DNA of 62,164 nucleotides from Capsulimonadales bacterium. Lineage in GTDB: Bacteria; Armatimonadota; Armatimonadia; Armatimonadales; Armatimonadaceae. The notes under the pieces are model-generated. The model worked only from the letters and a program-made list of their open reading frames with translations. It did no database searches and was not told where the DNA came from. The stretch's first letter is position 1. Each line of letters begins with the position of its first letter. Below are positions 1 to 9,111 of the stretch, piece after piece. The DNA lies in the NCBI GenBank assembly GCA_033762295.1, contig JANRLW010000125.1:1-62164 (forward strand), in the 5' to 3' direction. Position numbers and translations under genes: made by a program.

Positions 1-699
1 CTTTAGCTCCTGTTCGGGATGGTAAGGAGTAAATTCAATCCCGAATGATGCGAGCTGCTTCTGCGTAACTCCGGTCATGGGTCTGCCCTTCACCAAAGGT
101 TCGCCATTTTTATCCTTGGCATTTGTAAATGCCAAGGCACCATGGCACACACTGCCCATAATCACATCGGAGTTATAGTATGCATCGGATACTTTAGTGG
201 CAACGATTTCGGAATTCATATCGTATGCAGCACCCCATCCACCTGCAAAAAAGACGATATCGTATTCCTTGATATCGACATCAGCAATCGGGATGGAATT
301 TTTTATTTTGGCCTGGAAGGTTTCGTCCTTCTCAAACCGCCTGTCTTCCTTGGATGCTAGAAAATAGTAGAAAGACTGCGGGTCGATAGGAACTTCCCCC
401 CCTTTGATGCTGGCAACATCGACCTCCATATTCGCATCAAAGAATTCGTAGTAGGGAATCGTCATCTCGGATGCGAAGACACCCGTCAATGGTCCTGTAG
501 TTTCACCCGGCTTGTTCAACACCTTGTGACTCGTTGATACGATAAGGGCTTTCTTTCCCTTCAAATCGAATTTTTCTCCGTCGTAATCAGGATGAAAACC
601 ACGCGACTTGAGGATGTAGGGTAGTGCGACGGCGGAGACAACTACCATACCGACTACGGTGCCCAGAGCATATACCAGTTTTTTATTCAGCTTCAGCAT
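1..699 (-). CDS. DJ-1/PfpI (Hsp31-like, class I glutamine amidotransferase-like) protein with N-terminal signal/anchor; 3' end runs off the window
   Basis: Absent from the ORF track because it has no stop in the window. Manual translation from ATG 699 (RBS AAAGGTG): MLKLNKKLVYALGTVVGMVVVSAVALPYIL...ALIVSTSH...TGVFASEMTIPYY...VDVASIKGGEVPIDP...YDIVFFAGGWGAAYD...GSVCHGALAF, i.e. the DJ-1 Glu, GGxG and Cys-His motifs. Confidence 0.9.
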   Translation of the reverse strand, partial: MLKLNKKLVYALGTVVGMVVVSAVALPYILKSRGFHPDYDGEKFDLKGKKALIVSTSHKVLNKPGETTGPLTGVFASEMTIPYYEFFDANMEVDVASIKGGEVPIDPQSFYYFLASKEDRRFEKDETFQAKIKNSIPIADVDIKEYDIVFFAGGWGAAYDMNSEIVATKVSDAYYNSDVIMGSVCHGALAFTNAKDKNGEPLVKGRPMTGVTQKQLASFGIEFTPYHPEQELK

Positions 700-840
700 A
701 GTAATTTCACCTTTGCTTAAAACACCTGACCTTGATTGTCCAGGTCGCCGCCAGTTTGTCTTCGCCGGCGCTCGCAACAGGCACACACCCGTCCGCACCG
801 AACCGCTCTTCCAACCGCCCGGGAGCGGCAATGGCCTCGG

Positions 841-884
841 CAGGGGGTAATTCACAACCGTCCAGGGGGTACTTCACAACCGTC
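841..884. repeat. 22-bp tandem direct repeat x2 (CAGGGGGTAa/cTTCACAACCGTC), possible operator
   Basis: 841-862 and 863-884 are identical except for one base; intergenic, upstream of the DJ-1 gene. Confidence 0.85.
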
Positions 885-958
885 CGGCAAGGCGGTTCCG
901 AGCAACGGGCGTTTTCCGGCCCGGCCCGTGGGTATGGCCTGTGGATCCGAATGGAATA

Positions 959-1024
959 TATCAAACGTGCGGGGTGGCCTGGAAGCTCCGGTTAGGCCAA
1001 TTCCTATTCAGTTTTGGCCAGTAG
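959..1024 (-). promoter_or_regulatory. Copy 1 of a duplicated 66-bp element (putative AraC-activated promoter) overlapping the araC 3' end
   Basis: 59/66 identical to 3154-3219. The minus strand reads TGGCCAAAAC..TGGCCTAACC at 21-bp spacing, followed by an AT-rich -10-like TATATT. Confidence 0.65.
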
Positions 1025-2039
1025 CGTCCGATTCGTTTTCGGTCAGGCGAAAGGTCGAAGGTGACGTGCCGGTCCACCGTTTGAAACTCCTGGTGAAGTT
1101 CGACGGTGTGGCAAAACCCAGGTCGTGAGCGATGGTCTGAATCGGTATGGCGGGGTTCGCGAGCATGCCTCGCGCCCGTCGTTCGCGAATCTCGTTTGTC
1201 AGTTGTCGGAACGTCGTGCCCGAGTTCTCCAGGTGCCGGCGCAGACTTCGTTCGGAGTAGCCAAGAGCTGCGGCAACTTGCGAGATCGACAGGGTGAGGT
1301 TTTGCCCTTCTTGCAGGAATGCGGCGACTTTGCCTACCAGAGTTTCCTCCGCTTGCACTCCCTCTGCAACTATCTCGCAAAGCGTCAGGAGGCGGGGATG
1401 ATTGAGCGGATCTGCTCCGGGCAAAGCTCTGTTCAGCATCCCGTCCGCGAGGAATAGCCTGATCTCCGGAGCCTCGAACCGGATGGGGAATCCGATTTCC
1501 CCTTGAACTCTCGCCCAACCTTCGGGCTTGCTGATGCTCAGTTCACCACGCAACACCGGGTTGGGGGTGCGCAAGATGGACCTGCAAAGGTGATCGCATC
1601 CGACGATGGCACTGACGGATGCAAAATATGAGACGTCTCCCAGTGGGAGTTTCGGCCGCAACCGGATGGCGAATTCTCCGGGCTGAGTTGCGGCGTCCTT
1701 GTCGGGGAACGTGAACTCGATGGCCGGGAAGGCGAGGAAGAAGAAGCGGTTCAGCACTGCGAGTGCGTCCCTGAAAGTCGCGGCGTTCATTGCGGCGTAG
1801 GCCGGCAGGCCAATGAAGCTGGCTTCGAACCGCTGGGCAAGCCGGACCCCGAGGTGCGGTTCACCGGTCTGTTCGATTGCATTAAGAAAGAACTGACGAA
1901 GCGGCGGCAACTCGGTCAGGAACTTCGGATCGGAGAAAACTGCCTCCGTCAATCCCGTGTTCGCAAGCAACTTTGTGGGGTCGTGGCCTTCTTTCGAGAG
2001 CAAACGAAACACGAACCCTGGGTAAGTCATTCGCAACAT
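1008..2039 (-). CDS. AraC-family transcriptional regulator (OruR/VirS-like N-terminal ligand domain)
   Basis: C-terminal double HTH SISQVAAALGYSERSLRRHL...IAHDLGFATPSNFTRSFKRWTGTSPSTFR; N-terminal GEPHLGVRLA...GLPAYAAMNAATFRDAL. Confidence 0.95.
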   Translation of the reverse strand: MLRMTYPGFVFRLLSKEGHDPTKLLANTGLTEAVFSDPKFLTELPPLRQFFLNAIEQTGEPHLGVRLAQRFEASFIGLPAYAAMNAATFRDALAVLNRFFFLAFPAIEFTFPDKDAATQPGEFAIRLRPKLPLGDVSYFASVSAIVGCDHLCRSILRTPNPVLRGELSISKPEGWARVQGEIGFPIRFEAPEIRLFLADGMLNRALPGADPLNHPRLLTLCEIVAEGVQAEETLVGKVAAFLQEGQNLTLSISQVAAALGYSERSLRRHLENSGTTFRQLTNEIRERRARGMLANPAIPIQTIAHDLGFATPSNFTRSFKRWTGTSPSTFRLTENESDATGQN

Positions 2040-2207
2040 ACGACATCAGTCCAACGCGAATAGTATCGCAGGTTGGGTGCCCAGGCAACGTTGGACGAAA
2101 AGTTCAACGACTCCGGTTCATGTTGCTCACACAGCTTCACCCAGGGATATTGGCATGGACCATGGGCTGCTCCTCGACGATCCGACGGTCAACCAGGCGT
2201 TAGCTAA

Positions 2208-3077
2208 CTATTTAAACCGCCACGTCGCTCCGATCAGCGGTCCCGAAAGCCGCGCGTCAACTCGGGTGCCGTCCTGGCGGTAGTCCACCTTTAACTGGCG
2301 ATAGCCAAGTGAGAGGAAGAAGTCACGGCGCGCCCGGTAACTGACTGTGCCGACAATCTGGTTGGTCGCATGCGATCCGGCTCGAAAAATACCGACGTCC
2401 CCATAGAGAAGGAACGACCAGTCGTCCGAAATGTGGAAGTTGCGGCGGGTACCGATTACGATGTCCGTAAAGCGCTTTTCCCGAGAAACATCGATACCGC
2501 CTGCCTCCGCTTCCACACCAGGCTTGAGAACCCAGGACCGGAACCCTAAGAGCACGTCGACAGTCATTTTTCGGTGGGCGACGGCCTGGTATCCGGCGGC
2601 AAGGGTCAACGAGATTTGCCGCAGGCTCCCGCGCGCCTTGACGTTTGGCGGGACGACCCCTTCCTGGGACAGATCCACGAAGCTGAAGTCGCCGACGAAC
2701 ATGAGGCGACCCCTTCGAGCGGAGGCGGCCAGAAAGAAAGCGCTGTCGAGGTCTTCAAGCACGTCCGAGAACGACTCATCGAACTCGATGGTCCGCCCCC
2801 CCGCAAACGGCCGAAGAGATCCGCTGATTCCTGTGGCCCACACGTAGGGAGTAACTTCAACGACCCACTTTTTGGACAACGCACCCTGCGCGGCGTTACT
2901 GTCGTTTTCGCGTTCCTGTTGTACCTTCGGAGTATCCGGGGGGATGGGTGCCTCTTGCGCTTTGGCCGGAACGGCACTCGCGAGGCCCAAGACCATTACG
3001 GAAAGGCCTGCATGAGACGCCGCCAGGACTCGTCGGATCGGCGCTACCTGTGCGCATTGAAGATTGTTCGAGTTCAT
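2208..3077 (-). CDS. Putative outer-membrane beta-barrel protein
   Basis: Signal peptide ending AKA-QE, amphipathic beta strands (WVVEVTPYVWA, FFLSLGYRQLKVDY) and a C-terminal aromatic motif GPLIGATWRFK. Confidence 0.8.
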   Translation of the reverse strand: MNSNNLQCAQVAPIRRVLAASHAGLSVMVLGLASAVPAKAQEAPIPPDTPKVQQERENDSNAAQGALSKKWVVEVTPYVWATGISGSLRPFAGGRTIEFDESFSDVLEDLDSAFFLAASARRGRLMFVGDFSFVDLSQEGVVPPNVKARGSLRQISLTLAAGYQAVAHRKMTVDVLLGFRSWVLKPGVEAEAGGIDVSREKRFTDIVIGTRRNFHISDDWSFLLYGDVGIFRAGSHATNQIVGTVSYRARRDFFLSLGYRQLKVDYRQDGTRVDARLSGPLIGATWRFK

Positions 3078-3153
3078 AGCTTGTCACCTCACGGTCGCCG
3101 AAAGGCCGGCACGTTTGCGACCGACATCTCAGGCCGTGGATATGAATCGAGTG

Positions 3154-3219
3154 TATCAAACGTGCAGGGCAGCCTGGAAGCTCCGGTTAGGCCAATTACC
3201 ATTCAGTTTTGACCCGTAG
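3154..3219 (-). promoter_or_regulatory. Copy 2 of the duplicated 66-bp element, upstream of the beta-barrel gene
   Basis: 59/66 identical to 959-1024, same orientation, about 75 bp upstream of the ATG at 3077. Confidence 0.65.
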
Positions 3220-3377
3220 GGGGCGACTGTAGTAGCCATGCTTTTTCGGCAGGTCCATATCATCTTCGGTAAGTCGATGGCTTCGGAGAAACCGTTTTGC
3301 TTTCGTGATAATCTGCATTCTGGTTGCGGAAACATTCCTTGTTCGCCCAAAAACAACTGCCGCCGCCGATCCGCCCT

Positions 3378-5957
3378 ATGCAAAATATTACGACTTTGAT
3401 TGACTCCGGCTGGGAGTTCGCCGAACGTCTTCCCGCTCGCCGGGATTTCTTCTTTCCGCAGGGGGGCGAAAAGCTCTGGCTGCCCGCGCAGATTCCCGGT
3501 CACGTACATCTCGATTTGATGCGTAACGGCGTGATCGGCGACCCGTTCTATCGGATGCAGGAACGTGCCTGTCAATGGGTCGATGAGGCAGATTGGACCT
3601 ACCGGACCACGATCAATGTCAGCGCGGAGCGTCTTGCATCCCGTGGCGAGTACGGCAAGCATTTCCTTCATTTTCACGGTCAGGATACGATCTGCCGGGT
3701 CTTTCTCAACGGCGTCAAAGTCGGCGAAGCGGAGAACTTCTTTATCCCCCATCGTTTCGATGTGACCGACCTCCTGCGCGAGGGCGACAACGAACTGCGT
3801 GTCGAGTTCGATTCCGCGCTCCGTGTCGGTCGAGAACGTGCCGAAGCCTACCTTGGCGACGGCACGAGCGACCGGGGTTCGATGAGCTACTTCAACTTCG
3901 GCCCGCGCGCCTTCGTCCGTAAGGCCCAGTATATGTTCGGCTGGGACTGGGGAAGCGAACTGGTCTCCTGCGGCATCTGGCAGAAAGTCGAACTGATCAC
4001 CGTTCCCGTCGCCGAAATCACCGGCTGGCGGTACGAATGGGGGACGCCCGAGGGTGACATGATCCCGCTGACCGTGATCGCCGAAATTACCCGCTACGAC
4101 CCCGTTACCCCGCTCCGCCTGCGGTCCGTTTTCCAACCCGCGCTCGGGGAAACCGGAAACGAAAAAACGATCGACGTCACCCCGATCGGCACGGAAACGA
4201 TGCAAATCGTACGCCGTACGCTGGTTCTTCCCTTCGCCCGCGTGGCACGATGGTCCCTGAACTCCGAATACCGCTATCAGCCGATGGATACGCTCCGCCT
4301 TAGCGTCGAACCGGCAACGGCGGAGGCTGACCGGGGGAGTGCCGGTTCGCAGGTCAAGGCCCGGATCGCCTACCGAACGATCGAACTGATCCGGGAGCCG
4401 GATGCGGACGGAAAGGGCGAGGGATTCAAGTTTCGGGTCAACGGCGTCGATACGTTTATTAAGGGCGCGAACTGGATTCCCGATCACTCCTTCCCGGCAA
4501 TCATCACGAAAGAGCAACTTCGCGAACGAATCCAACAGGCAAAAGATGCCGGGTTCAATATGCTCCGTGTCTGGGGCGGCGGGTACTACGAAACCGAGGA
4601 CTTCTACGATCTCTGCGATGTACTCGGCATTCTCGTCTGGCAGGATTTCCCCTTCGCCTGCTCGATGTACCCGGATGATCTGCCCGAGTTCAATGAGGAA
4701 GTGCGCAAAGAGGCGATCGCCGCCGTGAAGCGGATTCGGAATCACCCCTGCCTCGCGCTCTGGTGCGGAGGGAACGAAAACCTTGAACTGGCACAGGGAC
4801 GATGGGCGGGCGCGACGCAGGCGAAAAGGTTCTATGGCGACACGACCATCCATCAGGTGCTTCCGGAGGTACTGGCCGAGCACGATCCGAACACGCCCTA
4901 CTGGCCCAACTCCCCCTACGGCGGCGAGAACTGCACCTCCGAGGACTACGGCGACAGCCACTACTGGAACGTCTGGCACTCGAAAAAGCCCGATAGCACC
5001 GGTGACTGGATTCACTATGCCGAAAGCACGACCCGGTTTTCGTCCGAGTTCGGATTCGCCGCCCCGGCGGGCATGACCGCCTGGGACTCGTGCATGGCCC
5101 CGGAAGACAAAACCGTCCGCTCCCCCGTCTCGATCTGGCACGATAAGACGCGCAAGGGGTACGAAACCTACCTCGGCTTCATCACCCGACACTACCCCGA
5201 TCCCGCGACCTTCGAGGATCTGATCTATTACGGACAGTGCAACCAGGCCGACGCCCTCAAGTTCGGCGTCGAGCACTACCGAAGGATGAAGGGACGTTGC
5301 TGGGGCACCCTCTTCTGGCAATGGAACGACTGCTGGCAGACGCATTCCTGGGCGGTGATCGACTCGCTCGGTGAACCGAAGGCGGCCTACTACGCCTGCA
5401 AACGGTTCTATGCGCCCGTGCTCGTCTCCCTTTTCCGGGAAGGCGACGCGGTTCATGCCCACCTTGTCAATGACACGCTCGACCCCGTATCCGGTACGCT
5501 GGAAGTTCGCCTGCAAACCTTCGCCGGCGAGGAGTTGGCTCGGGAACGGGCGGAGGTCACGGTCGGCGCGAACGTCGCGTCCGGCGTCCTGGCGACGATT
5601 TCCACGCCGTCGCGCACGGATGCGTTCGTCCATGCCACCCTGACCGGGAAGAACGGCGAACTCCTCGGCGAGAATTTCGGAATGCTCGGAGAACCGAAGA
5701 ACCTTTCCCTGCCCGATCCCGGCCTTCGCTGGCGTATGGCAATGCCGTCTCGGGCGCTCTGCGTCCTGTCCCTCTCCGCCGCCCGATTCGCCGGTTACGT
5801 CCATCTGCGCTTCGAGGGCTTGGAACGCCAGCCGAAACTGTCGGACAACTTCTTCCATCTCGCGCCGGGACAGGAACGAACGATCGAGATTTCGGGCGCT
5901 CCCCCCGACCTTTCGGTGGCGGAACTGTCGGCGCGCCTCCGCATTCGACATCTATAG
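3378..5957 (+). CDS. Glycoside hydrolase family 2, beta-mannosidase-like
   Basis: RKAQYMFGWDWG, FIKGANWIP, NMLRVWGGGYYE, WQDFPFAC, RNHPCLALWCGGNE, RFSSEFG, WQWNDCW. Start moved to MQNITT (3378). Confidence 0.95.
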   Translation: MQNITTLIDSGWEFAERLPARRDFFFPQGGEKLWLPAQIPGHVHLDLMRNGVIGDPFYRMQERACQWVDEADWTYRTTINVSAERLASRGEYGKHFLHFHGQDTICRVFLNGVKVGEAENFFIPHRFDVTDLLREGDNELRVEFDSALRVGRERAEAYLGDGTSDRGSMSYFNFGPRAFVRKAQYMFGWDWGSELVSCGIWQKVELITVPVAEITGWRYEWGTPEGDMIPLTVIAEITRYDPVTPLRLRSVFQPALGETGNEKTIDVTPIGTETMQIVRRTLVLPFARVARWSLNSEYRYQPMDTLRLSVEPATAEADRGSAGSQVKARIAYRTIELIREPDADGKGEGFKFRVNGVDTFIKGANWIPDHSFPAIITKEQLRERIQQAKDAGFNMLRVWGGGYYETEDFYDLCDVLGILVWQDFPFACSMYPDDLPEFNEEVRKEAIAAVKRIRNHPCLALWCGGNENLELAQGRWAGATQAKRFYGDTTIHQVLPEVLAEHDPNTPYWPNSPYGGENCTSEDYGDSHYWNVWHSKKPDSTGDWIHYAESTTRFSSEFGFAAPAGMTAWDSCMAPEDKTVRSPVSIWHDKTRKGYETYLGFITRHYPDPATFEDLIYYGQCNQADALKFGVEHYRRMKGRCWGTLFWQWNDCWQTHSWAVIDSLGEPKAAYYACKRFYAPVLVSLFREGDAVHAHLVNDTLDPVSGTLEVRLQTFAGEELARERAEVTVGANVASGVLATISTPSRTDAFVHATLTGKNGELLGENFGMLGEPKNLSLPDPGLRWRMAMPSRALCVLSLSAARFAGYVHLRFEGLERQPKLSDNFFHLAPGQERTIEISGAPPDLSVAELSARLRIRHL

Positions 5958-5963
5958 TCGGCC

Positions 5964-5992
5964 TTGCCATATATAAAAACTTTATATATAAT
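5964..5992 (+). promoter_or_regulatory. Sigma70 promoter with overlapping palindromic operator (likely PadR autoregulation)
   Basis: TTGCCA (5964-69), 17 bp, TATAAT (5987-92); perfect inverted repeat ATATATAAA-aac-TTTATATAT at 5969-5989; RBS GGAGGT before ATG 6010. Confidence 0.8.
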
Positions 5993-6009
5993 TATCGCGG
6001 AGGTATTTC

Positions 6010-6345
6010 ATGGACTTTCGCGGCGACCTGGATGCGCTGATTCTGGGCGTTCTTCAACAGGATGCTCTGCACGGATACGAAATCAGCCGTCGGATCAATC
6101 AGAGTTCGCAGGGCGATGCGATTCGGGTAAAGGAAAGCCAGCTCTACCCGGTATTGCATCGTCTGGAGGCCGAGGGGCGAATCACCGCGGACTGGATTCC
6201 GCAGGAAGGGAAACCGGCACGCAAGGTCTACCGCCTGACCGACGAAGGCAGACGCGCCCTTGCCGCCAAACAGGCGAACTGGGCAAGGTTCACCGCCTCG
6301 GTGAACGCTCTGCTTTTTCCGACCAGGGAGGTGCGAAATGGCTAA
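6010..6345 (+). CDS. PadR-family transcriptional regulator
   Basis: GDLDALILGVL..HGYEI..LYPVLHRLE..GKPARKVYRLTDEG..W. Confidence 0.95.
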   Translation: MDFRGDLDALILGVLQQDALHGYEISRRINQSSQGDAIRVKESQLYPVLHRLEAEGRITADWIPQEGKPARKVYRLTDEGRRALAAKQANWARFTASVNALLFPTREVRNG

Positions 6346-7594
6346 CGGTCTGCGTTTCCAACCGGAGGAATCGTCCTACACCCATTCCCGTCGTCCATTG
6401 GAAGTTCCGGTCTATAAAACGCCGGAGGAGTCGGTCGGTCCGATCGAGCGATACGTTCAGGAGCTGCGGCACGAAGCCCACTGCCGTCTGGATGCCGGAC
6501 GCGCCGAGGCGATCGTCGTCGAAGTCGCGGGGCACCTGAACGAAAAGGCGGATGCGCTCACCGGTGACGGAATCGCCCGGTTCCCTGCCGAAAAAGAGGC
6601 GGTTTCCGGTTTCGATAATCCGCGCGCACTGGTCCGAAAACTGGCCGATACGGCCTACGAGACGCGTCGCAGTCGGCTGGCACAATACGTGTCCTTCGTC
6701 ACGACCGCTCTCTTTATCGCCCTCTTCGTGTTCCTCAGCTGCAAGCGGGGCGTCGAGGAGGTTGGTCGGGGGGATAATCGGATCGGCTGGCTTTTCTTAC
6801 TGTCCGCCACGATCCTCGCCGTCGGTTCGTTCCTGGGATTGCGGATGCGCCGGCGTGCCTTCGGTTCCCTGGCCACGATCCTCCTGCTCGTACCCGCGGT
6901 CTACGACGGTTTCCATACGATCGCCCCGCACTGGCTGAAAGCCCCGCCGTCGCAAACGGAGATGACTCCGCGCCGGGATATTCGCGACCGTCGCCTGCTG
7001 GCCGAGAGCAGGCGCGAACTCCTGAGGGATGAAACGATGCGTCTGCGTGAGGGCATTCGTTTCTACCGGACACACCGGCCGGGAGAGATCACGCTGGCGG
7101 ACGTCCCGGCGTCGCTACGATATGAAGGGAGGGTCATCGTCCCAAACCGGGAACCGGTCAAAAACGGAAGAATCCAGGGGATCAAAATAAGCGCCTTTCG
7201 TCCGTGGGTCGATATTTCCCCTCGTCCGGGGGAGTCTTTCCATGCGCACGAGGCCCGTACAACGGACAATCTGCGACGAACGCGGATGAGAACGCTCAAC
7301 TCGTCGAATGCGGTCGAAGCGGCGCGGGTCTACTGGACCGATGGCGGTCCGGCATGGCTCCGGCTTCAGGAAAAGAGTCTGGAGCGGGAGGAGGCTCTGG
7401 TTCGATATTTCGACCGGGCTGAAGCCTACCCGCTACGCTGGAATATCGTCGCCGCTCAGAAAACGCTCACCTATCCGGGTCTGATGTTTACCGCTCTGTT
7501 CCTGCTGGCGCTTCATATCGTCCCGGCCTGGATCGGCCGTCGTGCCTTCCGCCTCTACCGTCAGTGGCTCTGGCGATTGCGGTACGCGGCATAG
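6338..7594 (+). CDS. PadR-associated membrane protein with N-terminal HAAS/permease-prefix-like domain
   Basis: IERYVQEL...IVVEVAGHLNEK...AEKEAVSGFDNPRALVRKL, followed by about 4 hydrophobic helices; overlaps the padR stop. Confidence 0.75.
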   Translation: MANGLRFQPEESSYTHSRRPLEVPVYKTPEESVGPIERYVQELRHEAHCRLDAGRAEAIVVEVAGHLNEKADALTGDGIARFPAEKEAVSGFDNPRALVRKLADTAYETRRSRLAQYVSFVTTALFIALFVFLSCKRGVEEVGRGDNRIGWLFLLSATILAVGSFLGLRMRRRAFGSLATILLLVPAVYDGFHTIAPHWLKAPPSQTEMTPRRDIRDRRLLAESRRELLRDETMRLREGIRFYRTHRPGEITLADVPASLRYEGRVIVPNREPVKNGRIQGIKISAFRPWVDISPRPGESFHAHEARTTDNLRRTRMRTLNSSNAVEAARVYWTDGGPAWLRLQEKSLEREEALVRYFDRAEAYPLRWNIVAAQKTLTYPGLMFTALFLLALHIVPAWIGRRAFRLYRQWLWRLRYAA

Positions 7595-9111
7595 ATCAGT
7601 AGCGAAATGCAGACGGCGAGAAACCAGTCGCCGAACCGTACATAGAGCGTGCGATCGTTCCGGAGCGGGAGCGTCGCCGTCTGCGTTCCGCGTTCGAGCA
7701 GCGGGATCGTGGCAAGAACACGCCCGGCGGGATCGATCAGGCGGGATTCGCCCGAGGTCGCCGCTCGGGCGACCGCCCGACCCGTCTCGGCGGCCCGCAA
7801 AGAGGCGAGGTCGGCGTGCTGCAGCGGTCCCGCCGAATTGCCGAACCAGGCATCGTTCGTGATGACCGTCAGCAGAACCGCTCCGGCCAGCGCTTCCTGC
7901 CGCGCCCGCCAGCCGAACGCGCTTTCATAGCAGATCAGGGTTCCGGCGACGACGTCGCTGTCCGGTAAGCGGAGCACGCCCGGTCGGTCCCCCGGTGTCA
8001 GGTCGTTGTTACCGGTCGGGAACTGCGCGTAGATCGGCCCCAGAACCTCCCGGAACGGAAAGAACTCCCCGAGCGGAACGATCTTGATTTTTCGAGCGGA
8101 GGCCACATAATCTCCCTGCCTGCCGACAAGCATCCCCACATTGAACCGGCGCTTTCCTTCGGTTTCCTCGGTCCCGAGCAGGATCGACGTTTGCAGCGTG
8201 GCGGCGGTCCCGGAAACGGCGGGCCAGGCGTCGGATCGGCGCAGAAGTTCATCCCAGAAGGTCGATTCGGGCATGACGACCAGATCGAGCGGCCTTCCGT
8301 TGGCGGCCACCGCTTCCCGCGCCAGTTCGAGATAGGCTTTGAGCGATTCCTCGGGATAGATGCCCCCGTACGACGCCTGAGCGACGGCGACGGTCGCAGT
8401 TCCGATCGCTCCCGGCGTGTTCGACAGCGCGACCGCGCCACCGATCGCCAGGGCGGCGGGTACGGTTCCGATGACCGGCCAGCCCCGGGCGTCCCGTTTC
8501 CCCTCCGCGATCCGCTCCCCGACCCATGCGCCCGTCAGCGCCAGAGCAAAGGAAAGCCCCCACTGTCCGGTCACCGAACAGATCGCCAGCATCGGTGTCC
8601 ACGGAACCTGCGTCGCCGCCAGCGGGAACCAGGGGAACGCGTATGCGCCCAGCGTTCGCAGCCATTCGAAGACGGTCCAGAGAGCGGCGAACAGCCACGG
8701 CGCCGCCGGACCCCGCGGGCCGGCGACGGAAAATCCCAGGGCGAAAAGGGCGAACCACAGGGCCTCGATCACCGCCACCGAGGCGTACGGCAGAACCGCC
8801 AGCGGCCACTCCGGAACGAGGTTGGTCAGCCAGTACGCCCCGACCAGATGCAGCAGAAGGCCGAAGAGATAACCCGATCCGGCGGCGGAGCGCAGACGGG
8901 GCCGGAGGTCGCCGGGAAGGTTCCGCAGAACGAGGTACAGCGGGGCGAGCGCAACCCAGGCGAGGGCGGGGCGAACGGCATCCCATAGAGGGGACGGGAA
9001 GAAACAGAGCGCGAGGAGTATGGCGGAAAGGACGACATATCCCCGGTCCGTCGGTTTCCCGTCCCGGAAAAGCCGGAGGATTTCCGGAAACGCCTTACGG
9101 GGTCCAGTCAT
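7561..9111 (-). CDS. lnt: Apolipoprotein N-acyltransferase
   Basis: N-terminal TM region (EWLRTLGAYAFPW) and nitrilase triad motifs VVMPES, KIKIVPLGE, LICYES; ITNDAWFG, RAAETGR. Confidence 0.93.
   Translation of the reverse strand: MTGPRKAFPEILRLFRDGKPTDRGYVVLSAILLALCFFPSPLWDAVRPALAWVALAPLYLVLRNLPGDLRPRLRSAAGSGYLFGLLLHLVGAYWLTNLVPEWPLAVLPYASVAVIEALWFALFALGFSVAGPRGPAAPWLFAALWTVFEWLRTLGAYAFPWFPLAATQVPWTPMLAICSVTGQWGLSFALALTGAWVGERIAEGKRDARGWPVIGTVPAALAIGGAVALSNTPGAIGTATVAVAQASYGGIYPEESLKAYLELAREAVAANGRPLDLVVMPESTFWDELLRRSDAWPAVSGTAATLQTSILLGTEETEGKRRFNVGMLVGRQGDYVASARKIKIVPLGEFFPFREVLGPIYAQFPTGNNDLTPGDRPGVLRLPDSDVVAGTLICYESAFGWRARQEALAGAVLLTVITNDAWFGNSAGPLQHADLASLRAAETGRAVARAATSGESRLIDPAGRVLATIPLLERGTQTATLPLRNDRTLYVRFGDWFLAVCISLLIYAAYRNRQSH

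Noticed and set aside
841..1024. CRISPR array or att site
   Set aside because: Only two adjacent units with no spacers; no cas or integrase gene in the window.
3203..3330. Second (pseudo) araC ending in TGQN*
   Set aside because: The frame hits a stop about 19 codons upstream and shows no AraC similarity beyond the repeat.
3156..5951. 931-aa minus-strand ORF
   Set aside because: Antisense shadow of the GH2 gene; no motifs; expected from high-GC codon bias.
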